Shown in pieces: positions 18,847 through 28,673 of a stretch of DNA of 64,000 nt. The notes beneath the pieces were generated by a model. It had not been told where the DNA came from. It did no database searches and saw only the letters and a program-made list of their open reading frames with translations. A program made the translations under genes and the position numbers. This stretch comes from an uncultured Actinomycetes bacterium. GTDB taxonomy: Bacteria; Actinomycetota; UBA4738; HRBIN12. The DNA lies in assembly GCA_963704885.1 (NCBI GenBank), contig CAVPIB010000004.1, forward strand, positions 800,001 through 864,000. The letters are read 5' to 3'. The stretch's first letter is position 1, and every line of letters starts with the position of its first letter.

Positions 18847-21459
18847 TCAACGTTCGCAGCCGAACACGGTGTCGTTCCCGGGCTGCCGGTTGCAGGAGTC
18901 GTTGCCCTTGCCGCCCTTCAGGACGTCGTGCGCCTGGCCACCGTCAAGCGCGTCGTTCCCGTTGTCACCGGTCAACAGGTCCTTCCCCTTACCGCCCTTG
19001 ATGACGTCATTGCCCCCGGCGCCGTGCAGCGTGTCGTTGCCGCCAGCGCCGCTGATCGTGTCATTGCCGCCGCCGGCCCTGATCACGTCGGCTCCCTTGC
19101 CGCCGTTGATCCGGTCCTTGCCGCCGCCGCCGTTCAACGTGTCCCGGCCGTTGACGCCTCTCAACTTGTCGTTGCCGTTCGCACCGACCAACGTGTCGTT
19201 GCCGTCGCCACCCTTGATGGTGTCGTTCCCGGCGCCACCCTTGAGCAGGTTCCGGCCGCCCGATCCGGTGATCGTGTCGTCGTGGCCGCTCCCGATCACG
19301 TTGGCGAACGCCACCACCGTGTCGGAGCCATCGCCGGTCGCCGAGCCGGAACTCAGGTCTACGTTCACCCCTGAACCTGCGCCGGCGAAGGTTACGGTGT
19401 CCTCGCCCCCGCCTCCGGCGAGCGAGTCGTTCCCGGCACCGCCCGAGATGGTGTCGTCGCCGTTGCCACCGTCGATCGAGTTGGCGTTGGCGTCGCCCGT
19501 GAGCGTGTCACCGGACCCCGAACCGATCAGGTTGTCGATCGCCGTCAGCGTGTCGCTGCCCGCGCCGCCCGTGCTCTGCGAGGTGAGGATCGTGAGGTTC
19601 ACGTTCACGCCCGAAGAGGCCGTGGCGTACGAAGCCGTGTCGTTCCCGCCGTTCCCGTTCAGGATGTCGTTCCCGATCCCGCCGATGAGCGTGTTGTCGC
19701 CGGTGCTTCCCGTGAGCGTGTCGTCGAATGAGGACCCCTCGACCTTCTCGAGCGTGGCCAGGGTGTCTGAGCCGAAGCCCCCGGTCGCCGTATTGGCTCC
19801 CAGGTTGACCACTACAGCGGAAGTAGCTCCGGCGTAGGACACGGTGTCGCTGCCGTTGCCGCCTATCAGGTTGTCGTCGCCCAGACGGCCGTTCACCGAG
19901 TCGTCCCCATCGGCGCCGTCCAGGCGGTTAGCCGCCGAGTCACCCAAGAGGGTGTCGGCCGACGCCGAGCCCGTAACGTTCTCGGTCTGGGTGATGGTGT
20001 CGGTTCCGCCGCCGCCCGTGTTCTGACCGGATGTGATCGCCAGGTCGACCGTGACCCCCGACGTGGACCCCGCGTAGCTGGCGGCGTCGGTCCCCACTCC
20101 ACCAGTGATGATGTCGTTGTTGCCCCCGCCGTTCAGCGTGTCGTTGCCCGCGCCCCCGTTCAGGGTGTTGGCATTGGCATCCCCGGTCAGCGTGTCGTCG
20201 AAGTCCGATCCCGTGACGTTCTCGGTCTGGGTGATGGTGTCGGTCCCGGCCCCGCCGGTGTTCTGGGCGGTGGTGACGGCCAGGCTCACGGTGACCGCGC
20301 CTGTGGCCGCGGAGTAGTCCACGGTGTCGGTCCCGGAACCACCATTGATGGCGTCGTTGCCCAGGCCTCCGTCGATCGAGTTGGCGTTTGCATCCCCGGT
20401 CAAGGTGTCGCCGTTGGCGCTGCCCAGCAGGTTCTCGATCTGAGAGATCGTGTCGCTGCCGGCGCCGACGGTGTTCTGCGCGGTGGTAGTCGAGAGGTTG
20501 ACCGTGACCGCCCCGCCGGCGCCGGCGTAGCTTGCCGTGTCGGTGCCGGAGCCACCGTTGATCGCGTCGTTGCCGTCACCGCCCACGATGACGTTGTTGC
20601 TGCTGTCGCCGGTCAGGGTGTCGTTGTAGGCAGAACCCGTCAGGTTCTCGGTCTGGGTGATGGTGTCGGTGCCAGCGCCGAGAGTGTTCTGCCCCGATGA
20701 GGTGGACAGGTTGACCGTGACTGCGCTCGAGGCCCCCGAGTAGCTGACGTTGTCGGTGCCCGCACCACCGTTGATGGTGTCGTCGCCGCCCGCAGCGCTG
20801 TTGTCGCCGTTCAGTCCGTCGTTGCCCGAGCCGCCCAGCAGCGTGTCGTTCCCACCGCCACCGTTCAGGACCACGCGGGAGGCGAACGCCGAGCCCGACC
20901 CCTCCGCGCCGCTGGCGGTCAGGGTGTCGTTCCCATCATTACCCGTGAGGGTGAAGTTCTCGGTGTTCGAGAACGTCACGTCCACGTCGTCGGGACTCTC
21001 AGCACCGTTCAGGTTGATGCCGGTGGTCCCGAGCGCGACGTTCTCGGCGGAACCGTCCCCGGTCACGACCAGCGAATCCGTGCCCGCTGCGAGGTTGACG
21101 GTGAACTCGATCTCGCTGTCCCCGCTCCCCTCGGCGGTGTCTCCGGGCGTGAACGCGGTGCCGATGTCTATCGTCAGCGTGTCATCACCATTGGACCCGG
21201 TCACGTTGATCGTGTCGGTGTTGTTCACGTCGGCCGTATCGCACTGGGCAGCGTCGAACTCGATGTCTGTCCCGTTCACCGACAGGGTGGAGCTGCCTCC
21301 GGTGATAGTCACCGTGAGGACCGCTCCCGCTTGGGTGCACGTGCCGGCGGCCGAGGCCGATCCTGGCATCAGGAATAGCCCCACCAGCGTCAGGATCGTC
21401 GTCATTACCAGGAGCCGGCGCGCGATCGCACGACGGGTGGAGCGGAGATGCCAAGCCAT
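18847..21459 (-). CDS. Secreted RTX/hemolysin-type calcium-binding repeat protein (RTX-1)
   Basis: Sec signal ending ASA; many GGxGNDxL nonamers and D.VSY..A...V.V.L...G.DT...EN..GS repeats; Lys-rich final repeats ending GCER. Confidence 0.88.
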   Translation of the reverse strand: MAWHLRSTRRAIARRLLVMTTILTLVGLFLMPGSASAAGTCTQAGAVLTVTITGGSSTLSVNGTDIEFDAAQCDTADVNNTDTINVTGSNGDDTLTIDIGTAFTPGDTAEGSGDSEIEFTVNLAAGTDSLVVTGDGSAENVALGTTGINLNGAESPDDVDVTFSNTENFTLTGNDGNDTLTASGAEGSGSAFASRVVLNGGGGNDTLLGGSGNDGLNGDNSAAGGDDTINGGAGTDNVSYSGASSAVTVNLSTSSGQNTLGAGTDTITQTENLTGSAYNDTLTGDSSNNVIVGGDGNDAINGGSGTDTASYAGAGGAVTVNLSTTTAQNTVGAGSDTISQIENLLGSANGDTLTGDANANSIDGGLGNDAINGGSGTDTVDYSAATGAVTVSLAVTTAQNTGGAGTDTITQTENVTGSDFDDTLTGDANANTLNGGAGNDTLNGGGNNDIITGGVGTDAASYAGSTSGVTVDLAITSGQNTGGGGTDTITQTENVTGSASADTLLGDSAANRLDGADGDDSVNGRLGDDNLIGGNGSDTVSYAGATSAVVVNLGANTATGGFGSDTLATLEKVEGSSFDDTLTGSTGDNTLIGGIGNDILNGNGGNDTASYATASSGVNVNLTILTSQSTGGAGSDTLTAIDNLIGSGSGDTLTGDANANSIDGGNGDDTISGGAGNDSLAGGGGEDTVTFAGAGSGVNVDLSSGSATGDGSDTVVAFANVIGSGHDDTITGSGGRNLLKGGAGNDTIKGGDGNDTLVGANGNDKLRGVNGRDTLNGGGGKDRINGGKGADVIRAGGGNDTISGAGGNDTLHGAGGNDVIKGGKGKDLLTGDNGNDALDGGQAHDVLKGGKGNDSCNRQPGNDTVFGCER

Positions 21460-21522
21460 GGGTACCCTCCCCCTGCTCGGGTGTGGCTGCATCCTACGCA
21501 GACACGCGTTGCCTGCGCAATC

Positions 21523-21550
21523 GACGCTGCGTTAACCCCTCCGGTTCCCA
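21523..21550 (-). promoter_or_regulatory. ECF-type promoter upstream of RTX-1
   Basis: GGAACC-N16-CGTC on the minus strand. Confidence 0.45.
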
Positions 21551-21558
21551 GGGATCCC

Positions 21559-22173
21559 GGAAAGAAGGAACCGGCCCCCGAAGGGGGCCGGTTCCTGTGG
21601 AGCTTGAGCAGCTGTGAGCTCTAGACGGCGCCGATCTCGACGCCCTTCGTGAACTCGCAGTGCCGGGCACGGTCAACGCCCTGGCCTCCGTAGGCCTTGT
21701 CCTTACCCTGCTGACCGTTCATGTCGTCATCACCGGAACCGCCGCGCATGACGTCGTTACCTTGACCGCCGCGCATGTCGTCGTCTCCGGATCCACCGAT
21801 CATGTTGTCCTTGCCCTTGCCACCGACGAGCTCGTCCTCACCAGAGGCAGCCTTGATGGTGTCGTTGCCCTTACCACCCTTGAGCATCTGGTTGGAGCCG
21901 TCACCGGTGATCTTGTCCTTGAACTTCGAACCGATGACGTTCTCGACGTCGATGACGTTCTCGTCACCGTCGGCCGTCGTGGCGTTGTCCTGAGCGACGT
22001 TGACGTTAACGCCACCGTCCACCTCAGAAGCGAACGACAAGGTGTCGACGTTGTTGCCTCCGTCCAGGTCGTCGTCATCTCCGACGCCGCCGTTCAGGAA
22101 GTCGTTGTCTTCACCACCGTAGAGGTCGTCCTCGCCAGCGTCGCCGAACAGACGGTCCCGGTCCTCTTCACCG
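21559..22173. repeat. Near-identical 615-bp block (RTX-2 3' end plus terminator), copy 1
   Basis: Matches 24273..24887 at offset 2714; I noticed only two substitutions. Confidence 0.92.
21566..21596 (-). terminator. Intrinsic terminator of RTX-2
   Basis: aggaaccggccccc-gaa-gggggccggttcct followed by a T-rich tail on the minus strand. Confidence 0.85.
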
Positions 22174-24173
22174 CGGAGCTCGTCGTCGCCGTCGTTGCCG
22201 TGGATCTTGTCGTCTCCGCCGTTGCCGAAGGCCACGTCGTCGCCCGAACCCATGTTGATGACGTCGTCTTCGCCGTCGGTCTCATCGCAGACACCACGGG
22301 TCAACTTGCAGCCACCCGAGTCGCCGAACGCGAGGTCGTCGCCTTCACCGGCGTTGATGGTGTCCTCGCCCCAACCGTGCGGGTCGTTGCCGTCTCCGTA
22401 GATGGTGTCATCGGTGGATTCCGAAACGAGCGAGTCTGCTGCGGTCCCGGAGTCGGTGATGGTGTCATCACCCTCGGCGCCGTAGATGGTGTCGTCGTCG
22501 TTACCGCCCTCGATCGTGTCGTCTCCACCCTCGCCCCAGAGGTCGTCTTCGCCGTTGCCACCGTCGATGGTGTCGTTGCCATCACCGTAGCCGTCCCACC
22601 AGTCATCATCACCGGCGATGGTGTCGTCACCGTTGCCACCGTTGATGGTGTCGTTGCCGCCCAGGACGCCGGGACCATCATCGTCGTAGCCGTCCTCGGT
22701 GAAGCAGTCCCAGTCACCGGTGAGGTAGTCACCGTCAGGAGAGACCTCGTCGCCACCTGAGATGGTGTCGTCGCCGGCGTTGCCGTAGATCTCGTTCTCT
22801 TCGTCGTCACCGGTCAGGGTGTCGTTGCCGGTGGAACCGATCAGCTCCTCGAAGTTGTCGAGGGTGTCGGTGCCCTGGCCCGTAGCGGTGCCGTCTGCGA
22901 GCGATGCGGTCACGCCGGCGCTCGAGTTAGCGAAGCTGGCGGCGTCGTCGTCGCCGGCTCCGTCGAGCGTGTCGTCACCAGGACCGCCCTGGATGACGTT
23001 CTCGTCCCCGTCGCCAGTGAGCGAGTCGTTCCCGCTACCGCCGTAGAGGTTCTCGATCCCGGTCTGGGTGTCGGTCTCCCCGGCCTCACCTGAGGTTCCG
23101 TTGATCGTTCCCGTCACCGGGTTCGTGCGGCCTGAGTAGTCGACCGAGTCGCCGTTGCAGTAGACGCCGTCCTCGGTGCCACCGTTGAGGTCGTCGTCAC
23201 CCTGGTCGAAGGTTGACTGCAGGAACATGTCGTCCCCGGCCTCACCGTTGGCGACGTCGTCGTCGGTGCCGTCGTCGATCACGTCGTCGCCGATGCCGGC
23301 GTCGACCAGGTCCGATCCGGGTCCACCGCCGATCGTGTCGTCGCTGGTCGGATCGTCAACGGTCGAAACACCGTTGTCATCGATCCAGTCGTCGTCGTTG
23401 CCGCCGTTCAGCGTGTCGTCGCCATCCCCGCCGTCGACGTAGTCATTGCCGGAGCCGGCGTTGACGATGTCGTCACCTTCGCCGCCGTAGATCTCGTCTC
23501 CGTCGGCCGGCACCTGCGCACCACCTGTGATGGTGTCGTCGCCGGCATCGCCCCAGAGTTCGATGTCCATGGTGTAGGCACCGCCGGTGCCGTTGCCGCC
23601 GGCAGCTGACAGGACGTCGTCGCCATCGTTGCCAAAGACATTGATGAACGTCGCCGTCGGATCGACCATGGTGATGTCGACGTCGGCATCGGCGTTCAGG
23701 GACGCGCCATTGACGCCGATCGTGACGACGTCATCTCCGGACGCGATGTCGCCGTCGTCGTCACCGATGTCCAGGTTCGCCACGCTGGCGTCCATCGTGA
23801 ACTCGATCTCAGCTTCCCCGGTTGCCTCAGGCGACTCGCCTGGGGCGAACGGGTTGTCGAGGATGATCCCGAAGTAACCCCCATCGCCGAGCACGTCGAT
23901 CCCGTCCGTGTTGTTCACGGTCGGGTTGTTGACGCAGTTGACGAAGGTGTCGTCGTAGTTGTCGTCGTACTGGATCGCCCCGCCGGGGCCGACGCGCATC
24001 TGTCCGTCGTCTCCCGAGATGGTCTGGTCGACCGTGATACGACGACTAACCGCGTTGTAGACGCAGTCAGTGGTAGCGGCCGACGCCGGGATCGCCGTCA
24101 AGACGATGAAGCTCCCGAGCACGAGCACGGATACGAGGGCGCCCGATCCGCGCCTAACGGATGAACCCTTCAT
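21621..24173 (-). CDS. Secreted, very acidic RTX calcium-binding repeat protein (RTX-2)
   Basis: Sec signal GSFIVLTAIPASA; dense GGxGDD repeats; Lys-rich final repeats. Confidence 0.88.
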   Translation of the reverse strand: MKGSSVRRGSGALVSVLVLGSFIVLTAIPASAATTDCVYNAVSRRITVDQTISGDDGQMRVGPGGAIQYDDNYDDTFVNCVNNPTVNNTDGIDVLGDGGYFGIILDNPFAPGESPEATGEAEIEFTMDASVANLDIGDDDGDIASGDDVVTIGVNGASLNADADVDITMVDPTATFINVFGNDGDDVLSAAGGNGTGGAYTMDIELWGDAGDDTITGGAQVPADGDEIYGGEGDDIVNAGSGNDYVDGGDGDDTLNGGNDDDWIDDNGVSTVDDPTSDDTIGGGPGSDLVDAGIGDDVIDDGTDDDVANGEAGDDMFLQSTFDQGDDDLNGGTEDGVYCNGDSVDYSGRTNPVTGTINGTSGEAGETDTQTGIENLYGGSGNDSLTGDGDENVIQGGPGDDTLDGAGDDDAASFANSSAGVTASLADGTATGQGTDTLDNFEELIGSTGNDTLTGDDEENEIYGNAGDDTISGGDEVSPDGDYLTGDWDCFTEDGYDDDGPGVLGGNDTINGGNGDDTIAGDDDWWDGYGDGNDTIDGGNGEDDLWGEGGDDTIEGGNDDDTIYGAEGDDTITDSGTAADSLVSESTDDTIYGDGNDPHGWGEDTINAGEGDDLAFGDSGGCKLTRGVCDETDGEDDVINMGSGDDVAFGNGGDDKIHGNDGDDELRGEEDRDRLFGDAGEDDLYGGEDNDFLNGGVGDDDDLDGGNNVDTLSFASEVDGGVNVNVAQDNATTADGDENVIDVENVIGSKFKDKITGDGSNQMLKGGKGNDTIKAASGEDELVGGKGKDNMIGGSGDDDMRGGQGNDVMRGGSGDDDMNGQQGKDKAYGGQGVDRARHCEFTKGVEIGAV

Positions 24174-24272
24174 GCGGAACCCCTTCCCCCAGCCGACTCC
24201 ACAGCCGACTCCGGACACATCTCGCGGAGCATACCCTCCGATGGATGGGTGGGGCTGGAGGGAAGGACCTGG

Positions 24273-24887
24273 GGAAAGAAGGAACCGGCCCCCGAAGGGG
24301 GCCGGTTCCTGTGGAGCTTGAGCAGCTGTGAGCTCTAGACGGCACCGATCTCGACGCCCTTCGTGAACTCGCAGTGCCGGGCACGGTCAACGCCCTGGCC
24401 TCCGTAGGCCTTGTCCTTACCCTGCTGACCGTTCATGTCGTCATCACCGGAACCGCCGCGCATGACGTCGTTACCTTGACCGCCGCGCATGTCGTCGTCT
24501 CCGGATCCACCGATCATGTTGTCCTTGCCCTTGCCACCGACGAGCTCGTCCTCACCAGAGGCGGCCTTGATGGTGTCGTTGCCCTTACCACCCTTGAGCA
24601 TCTGGTTGGAGCCGTCACCGGTGATCTTGTCCTTGAACTTCGAACCGATGACGTTCTCGACGTCGATGACGTTCTCGTCACCGTCGGCCGTCGTGGCGTT
24701 GTCCTGAGCGACGTTGACGTTAACGCCACCGTCCACCTCAGAAGCGAACGACAAGGTGTCGACGTTGTTGCCTCCGTCCAGGTCGTCGTCATCTCCGACG
24801 CCGCCGTTCAGGAAGTCGTTGTCTTCACCACCGTAGAGGTCGTCCTCGCCAGCGTCGCCGAACAGACGGTCCCGGTCCTCTTCACCG
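24273..24887. repeat. Near-identical 615-bp block (RTX-3 3' end plus terminator), copy 2
   Basis: Matches 21559..22173. Confidence 0.92.
24280..24310 (-). terminator. Intrinsic terminator of RTX-3
   Basis: Same hairpin as 21566..21596. Confidence 0.85.
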
Positions 24888-26862
24888 TAGAGCGTGTCGT
24901 CGCCGTCGTTGCCGTGGATCTTGTCGTCGCCACCGTTGCCTTCGGCGTAGTCGTCGCCGGCCCGGCCGTTCATGACATCGTCTTCGCCCTCATCATCGGT
25001 ACCGCTGTCGCCGTAGAGGTCGTCGTCGCCCTCGCCGGCGTTGAGGGTGTCCTCGCCCCAGCCGTTCGGGTCGTTGTTGTCCCCGTACAGCGTGTCATCA
25101 GAGGTGTCCGAAACGAGCGAGTCCGCCACGGTGCCGGAGTCGGTGATGGCGTCGTCGCCCTCGTCACCTTCGAGGTAGTCATCATCGTTGCCGCCCTCGA
25201 TGGTGTCGTTGCCGCCTTCACCGTAGACATCGTCTTCGCCGTTGCCGCCGTCGAGGATGTCGTTGCCATCGCCGTAGCCGTCGAACCAGTCGTCGTCACC
25301 GGTGAGATAGTCGTCACCGTCGCCACCGTTGATGGTGTCGTTGCCACCCAGGACGCCGGGACCATCATCGTCGTAGCCGTCCTCGGTGAAGCAGTCCCAG
25401 TCGCCGTTGAGGTAGTCGCCATCGGGCGAAACCTCGTCGCCACCGTTGATGACGTCGTCGCCGGCGTTGCCGGAGATCCAGTTCTCGTCATCGTCACCGG
25501 TCAGGGTGTCGTTGCCTGTGGAACCGATCAATTCCTCGAAGTCGTCGAGGGTGTCGGTGCCCTGGCCTGTCGCGGTGCCATCGGCGAGCGATGCGGTCAC
25601 GCCGGCGCTCGAGTTCGCGAAGCTGGCAGCGTCGTCGCCACCGGCACCGTCGAGCGTGTCGTCACCAGGACCACCCTGGATGACGTTCTCGTCCCCGTCG
25701 CCGGTGAGCGAGTCGTTGCCGCTACCGCCGTACAGGTTCTCGATCCCGGACTGAGTGTCGGTCTCGCCGGCCTCACCTGAGGTGGTGTTGATCGTTCCCG
25801 TCACCGGGTTGGTGCGACCGCTGTAGTCGACCGTGTCACCGTTGCAGTAGACGCCGTCCTCGGTGCCACCGATCAGCGTGTCGTCACCCTGATCGAAGGT
25901 GGACTGCAGGAACCAGTCGTCCCCAGCCTCACCGTCGGCCGTGTCGTCGTCGGTTCCGTCGTCGATGGAGTCATCGCCGATACCGGCTGTGATCGTCGTC
26001 GACCCCGGGGCCACCGCTGATGGTGTCGTCGGTGGTCGGATCGTCGACCGTCACGGCGCCGTTGTCGTCGATGTCGTCGTCGTCGTTGCCACCGTTCAGG
26101 GTGTCGTTGCCGTCCCCGCCGTCGATGTAGTCATCGCCGGAGAGACCATTGATGGTGTCATTGCCGTCGTCGCCTTCGAGGTCGTCCCTCGGGTGCCGGG
26201 AGGCGCCGCACCACCGGTGATCGTGTCGTTGCCGTCCTCACCGGCGATGAAGAGATCGATGTCCTGACGTATGCCCCACCGGTCCCGTTGCCGCCCGCCG
26301 CAGACAGCGTGTCGTCACCGTCGTCGCCGTAGATCCTCGCCCCCGGAACCGTAGCCAAGTGGTGAGGGGATCAACGATCGTGACGTCCACGTCGTGTCGG
26401 CGTTCAGCGCGACGCCGTTCACGCCGACCGTGATCGTGTCGTCGCCTGAGGAGCCGTGACCTCGAGGTACCGACACGTTGGCATCCATCGTGAACTCGAT
26501 CTCGGCCTCACCTGTCGCCTCAGGCGACTCGCCCGGGGCGAAGGGTCCGTCGGAAAGATCGATGATGAACGTACGGCCGAGTCACCCACGACGTCAACAC
26601 CATCCGTGTTGTTCACGTTCGGGTTGTTGTGCAGGCGACCGCCGTTGTAGTTGTGTGATGGCGCCACCGGGACCGCTCGACCGTCCATGACGTCGCTACC
26701 GGGTCTGCGTCACCGTGATGCGCCGGCTCACCGCGTTGTACACGCAGTCACCGGGCTGTCGGCCGACGCGGGGATCGCCGTCAAGACGATGAAACTCCCG
26801 AGCGTCAGCCCGAATACGAGGGCACCCAATCGGCGCGCCCCGCGAGAGCGTTGTGCTCTCAT
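24335..26862 (-). CDS. RTX calcium-binding protein RTX-3, paralog of RTX-2; 5' third broken by many indels (assembly error or pseudogene)
   Basis: ATG 26862 with RBS aaggag and signal GSFIVLTAIPASA as in RTX-2. NPNVNNTDG and PGESPEATGEAEIEF appear in shifting frames. Continuous reading frame from about 26000 to 24335. Confidence 0.75.
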
Positions 26863-28652
26863 GCGCTCACTCCTTTCGCTCCACTGCCCAACATATGAGT
26901 CGCCCGCGTGAGGTCCGGGGGGGTAAGACCGACCGGCGTGCCTAACCGCTCCAAACCCGATCCCCTCTCTCCACAACGAGCCAAGCTGGTCCGCCCAGGC
27001 GACCCAACCGCCAGGACCCTATCGTCCCGTTCGGGGGCAGTCAAACAGTTGACTGCCCTACCTTGGATAACGTCGCATCGGAGCCAGGGTTGCTCTTCGC
27101 GGGTGACTGTTCGGAGCCTGGAGTCATCCCAGAGGCTGGACGTGGGACAGATCAGGGTCTGCCCGTCGCTCCAGAACGTGAAGGAAGCCTGGTAGGACCC
27201 GGTCTCCGGGGCCAACATGGCGTCGTCCACGACTTCCTGGGTGCCCCTGAGCTGATAGGCACCAGTGAACGTGTACGTGGTCAGTCCCTGATCGTCCGAA
27301 GTCGCGGACAGCAGGCTCCCGCCGGAGGTCGTGTACGGATACCAGCCCCCCGCCGCCGTTGCGATGTACATGTTGAGGTATCCGAGCGTGCCGGTCTGAC
27401 CGACCACGACGCCTTCGTACTCCATGGTCATGCTCCAGGCCTCGGCGCCGCCGGCGTCGTACCCGGAACCCCCGAGGGTCTGACGGAACGCGACGTCGCC
27501 GTCTTCCTGACGATCGACGTGGCTGGTCTTGACCTTCATCTGGAGGGGGCAATCGCAGGCCGCGAACGCGAACGCCGACTCGAACCCGAACGTCCATGCG
27601 GGGGGCAGGACCACGGGCGGGGGCGAAGGATTGCCGGACGGCTCAGTCACGGGCGAGGGCTCGGGCGTCGAGGTCTCGACGGGCGCCGGAACCGTCACGA
27701 CCGGCACCTCCGGCTGGGCGGCCTTGGGCTTGGGATGCTTGACCACAGGCGGCCCCACCGCGACGGACACCACGGCCGCCTCCTGCACCGGCGCGGGCGC
27801 CACGACGGCCGCCGCCGGGCTCGGCTTGGGGATGTCCTTCGAGTGACGGACCGCGATCGCGCCCACTCCGACCGTCCCCGCGACCATCACGGCGACCGCC
27901 GCCGCGGTCACCTTCTCCGCCGTGGAGGCTGTGGCCTCGGTCGCGACGGGCGAGACGGACGCGCGTGCGGCGAGGTTGTTCAGGCCACCGGACAGTCGCC
28001 GGAGCCCGGCGGGGATCAGGAACCACGGCAGGAACGCCGCGATGCCGCGGTGCTCTTCGCCCCAAGCTCGGCGGAACGTGCCCTTGGCGCGATGGATCAG
28101 AGCCTTCGCCTGCGCGGGAGAGACGCCCATCGTCCCGGCGATCTCTTCGTGGGAGCGACCCTCGAACTCACGGAGCAGCAAGACCTCGCGATGGTGGTCC
28201 GGGATCTCGTGGAGCACTGCACGCACGCGCTCCTGCTCCAGTATGCGGGTCACGATCTCCTCGGGATCCAGGTCGTCGGCGCCGCGCGCGTCCAGCAGGT
28301 CGTTGATCTCCATGCCGTTCTGCGGACGGCGAGCGCGAGCGCGCACCATGTCCACCGAAACGTTGGTGGCGATACGCGCGATCCACGCCTGGAGCTGGTA
28401 TCGACCGTTGAAGACCGGCAAACCTCGCAGGACGCGGAGCATGGTCTCCTGCACGGCCTCCTGCGCGTCTTCGCGGTTGCCCAAGACACGCATGCAGATG
28501 CGCTCGGCGAACGGTTGGTAGCGCGCGAAGATCTCGTCGTAGACCCCGGGCTCGCCCATCTGGAACCGGAGAACCAGCGATTTGTCCACGGGCAGGCCGT
28601 CGACATCGGCTGCCGTCCGGGTGAGCTGCAGATCGGTCAGGGTCGTGGCCAC
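26859..28652 (-). CDS. ECF sigma-70 factor with C-terminal TM helix, Pro-rich linker and extracytoplasmic domain (true stop probably near 27100)
   Basis: Region 2 DAQEAVQETMLR...AWIARIATN..VD..R; region 4 REVLLLREFEGRSHEEIA..MG.S....KALIHRAK; TM AAAVAVMVAGTVGVGAIAV. The last ~90 aa run through the RTX-3 promoter and look spurious. Confidence 0.85.
   Translation of the reverse strand: MATTLTDLQLTRTAADVDGLPVDKSLVLRFQMGEPGVYDEIFARYQPFAERICMRVLGNREDAQEAVQETMLRVLRGLPVFNGRYQLQAWIARIATNVSVDMVRARARRPQNGMEINDLLDARGADDLDPEEIVTRILEQERVRAVLHEIPDHHREVLLLREFEGRSHEEIAGTMGVSPAQAKALIHRAKGTFRRAWGEEHRGIAAFLPWFLIPAGLRRLSGGLNNLAARASVSPVATEATASTAEKVTAAAVAVMVAGTVGVGAIAVRHSKDIPKPSPAAAVVAPAPVQEAAVVSVAVGPPVVKHPKPKAAQPEVPVVTVPAPVETSTPEPSPVTEPSGNPSPPPVVLPPAWTFGFESAFAFAACDCPLQMKVKTSHVDRQEDGDVAFRQTLGGSGYDAGGAEAWSMTMEYEGVVVGQTGTLGYLNMYIATAAGGWYPYTTSGGSLLSATSDDQGLTTYTFTGAYQLRGTQEVVDDAMLAPETGSYQASFTFWSDGQTLICPTSSLWDDSRLRTVTREEQPWLRCDVIQGRAVNCLTAPERDDRVLAVGSPGRTSLARCGERGSGLERLGTPVGLTPPDLTRATHMLGSGAKGVSA
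27035..27058. promoter_or_regulatory. Perfect 10-bp inverted repeat in the RTX-3 leader
   Basis: gggcagtcaa-acag-ttgactgccc. Confidence 0.55.
27069..27095 (-). promoter_or_regulatory. ECF-type promoter upstream of RTX-3
   Basis: GAGCAACC-N15-CGTT, identical in both boxes and in spacing to 28674..28700. Confidence 0.65.
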
Positions 28653-28673
28653 AGATCTCCTCTTATCGCTTGA

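Noticed and set aside
21559-24887. Duplicated block as DGR template/variable repeat or IS ends
   Set aside because: No reverse transcriptase or transposase is present, the differences are not adenine-biased, and both copies are coding 3' ends.
18847-26862. RTX toxins with type I secretion
   Set aside because: The proteins have Sec signals, no toxin domain was recognised, and there are no ABC/MFP/TolC genes in the window.
26859-27120. Last ~90 aa of the ECF sigma ORF
   Set aside because: It runs through the RTX-3 promoter and leader in an indel-rich zone and lacks protein-like composition; probably read-through from an error.
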